Below, in pieces: positions 63,555-64,000 of a DNA stretch of 64,000 nt. A program made the translations under genes and the position numbers. Each line of letters starts with the position of its first letter. The stretch's first letter is position 1. This DNA is from Octopus sinensis (lineage: Eukaryota). The notes under the pieces were generated by a model. That model had not been told where the DNA came from, made no database searches, and saw nothing but the letters and a program-made list of their open reading frames with translations. The stretch is taken from contig NC_043003.1 of the NCBI RefSeq assembly GCF_006345805.1, forward strand, positions 62,744,001-62,808,000, read 5' to 3'.

Positions 63555-64000
63555 ACGCAGCATGGTATTTAAATAGTTAATAGGTTTGATTCAGATGGCA
63601 ATGTGAAGATGCTGGAGGTTGTGGTCAAACCTTGGCTGGAGAGGGTTGCTACTGAAGGACGTGTATGACAGCAGGATTTGGCTCCTTGCCATATCTCTAG
63701 AAATAGTCAGAAATGGTTGTCAGAAAATTCCTACCACTTCATCTGTCTCCCCATTTTCTGGCCTCCTAATTCCTCCAATAGTAATCCCATATGTGAGGTA
63801 TTGAGTGCTTTATCTGCAATACCAAGGCTGAGACAAGATTGAGGAGATGTTTGAAGATCTTTCCAGGAACACAGTAAGGAATGCATGCACCAGGTTCCAG
63901 AGTTATCTTGAGGCTGTGGTGGAAGCTGAGGGTGGCTGTTTTGAGCTAACCGTTATCTCCCAGCTATAATAAAGTTGATTTTATTTTTAAATGGGATACT
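63555..64000 (+). mobile_element. Second maT/DD37D-like transposase remnant, running off the window
   Basis: LEVVVKPWLERVA..*QQDLAPCHISRNSQKWLSEN..WPPNS..EAVVEAEGGCFE. Confidence 0.75.

Overview
AT-rich, repeat-saturated animal DNA. The SINE/LINE families and dense (TA)n, (TG)n, (AAT)n, (CAT)n and (GATA)n tracts look like Octopus (coleoid cephalopod); this assignment is inference from recalled repeat sequences. There is no intact long ORF, and most ORF-track entries are microsatellite or repeat translations. The window holds decayed RTE, Tx1/L1-clade, R4/Dong-like (RLE) and Penelope-like (GIY-YIG) retroelements, tRNA-derived SINEs, Tc1/mariner remnants (two DD37D/maT-type), hAT- and TTAA-type MITEs and a Helitron-type non-autonomous element, often nested. 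Highlights: (1) a hammerhead ribozyme motif with a fully canonical core at 33837-33898, plus four to five decayed hammerhead motifs, two of them in an inverted terminal pair ahead of a Penelope-like ORF remnant; (2) at least nine fold-back hairpins (perfect to diverged) of unrelated sequence, up to 250 bp; (3) a low-confidence chain of five small phase-compatible + strand exons; (4) a ~955-bp tandem duplication whose second copy has lost the acceptor AG of one of those candidate exons. All alignments, translations and folds were done by eye. Element boundaries are approximate unless termini are quoted.
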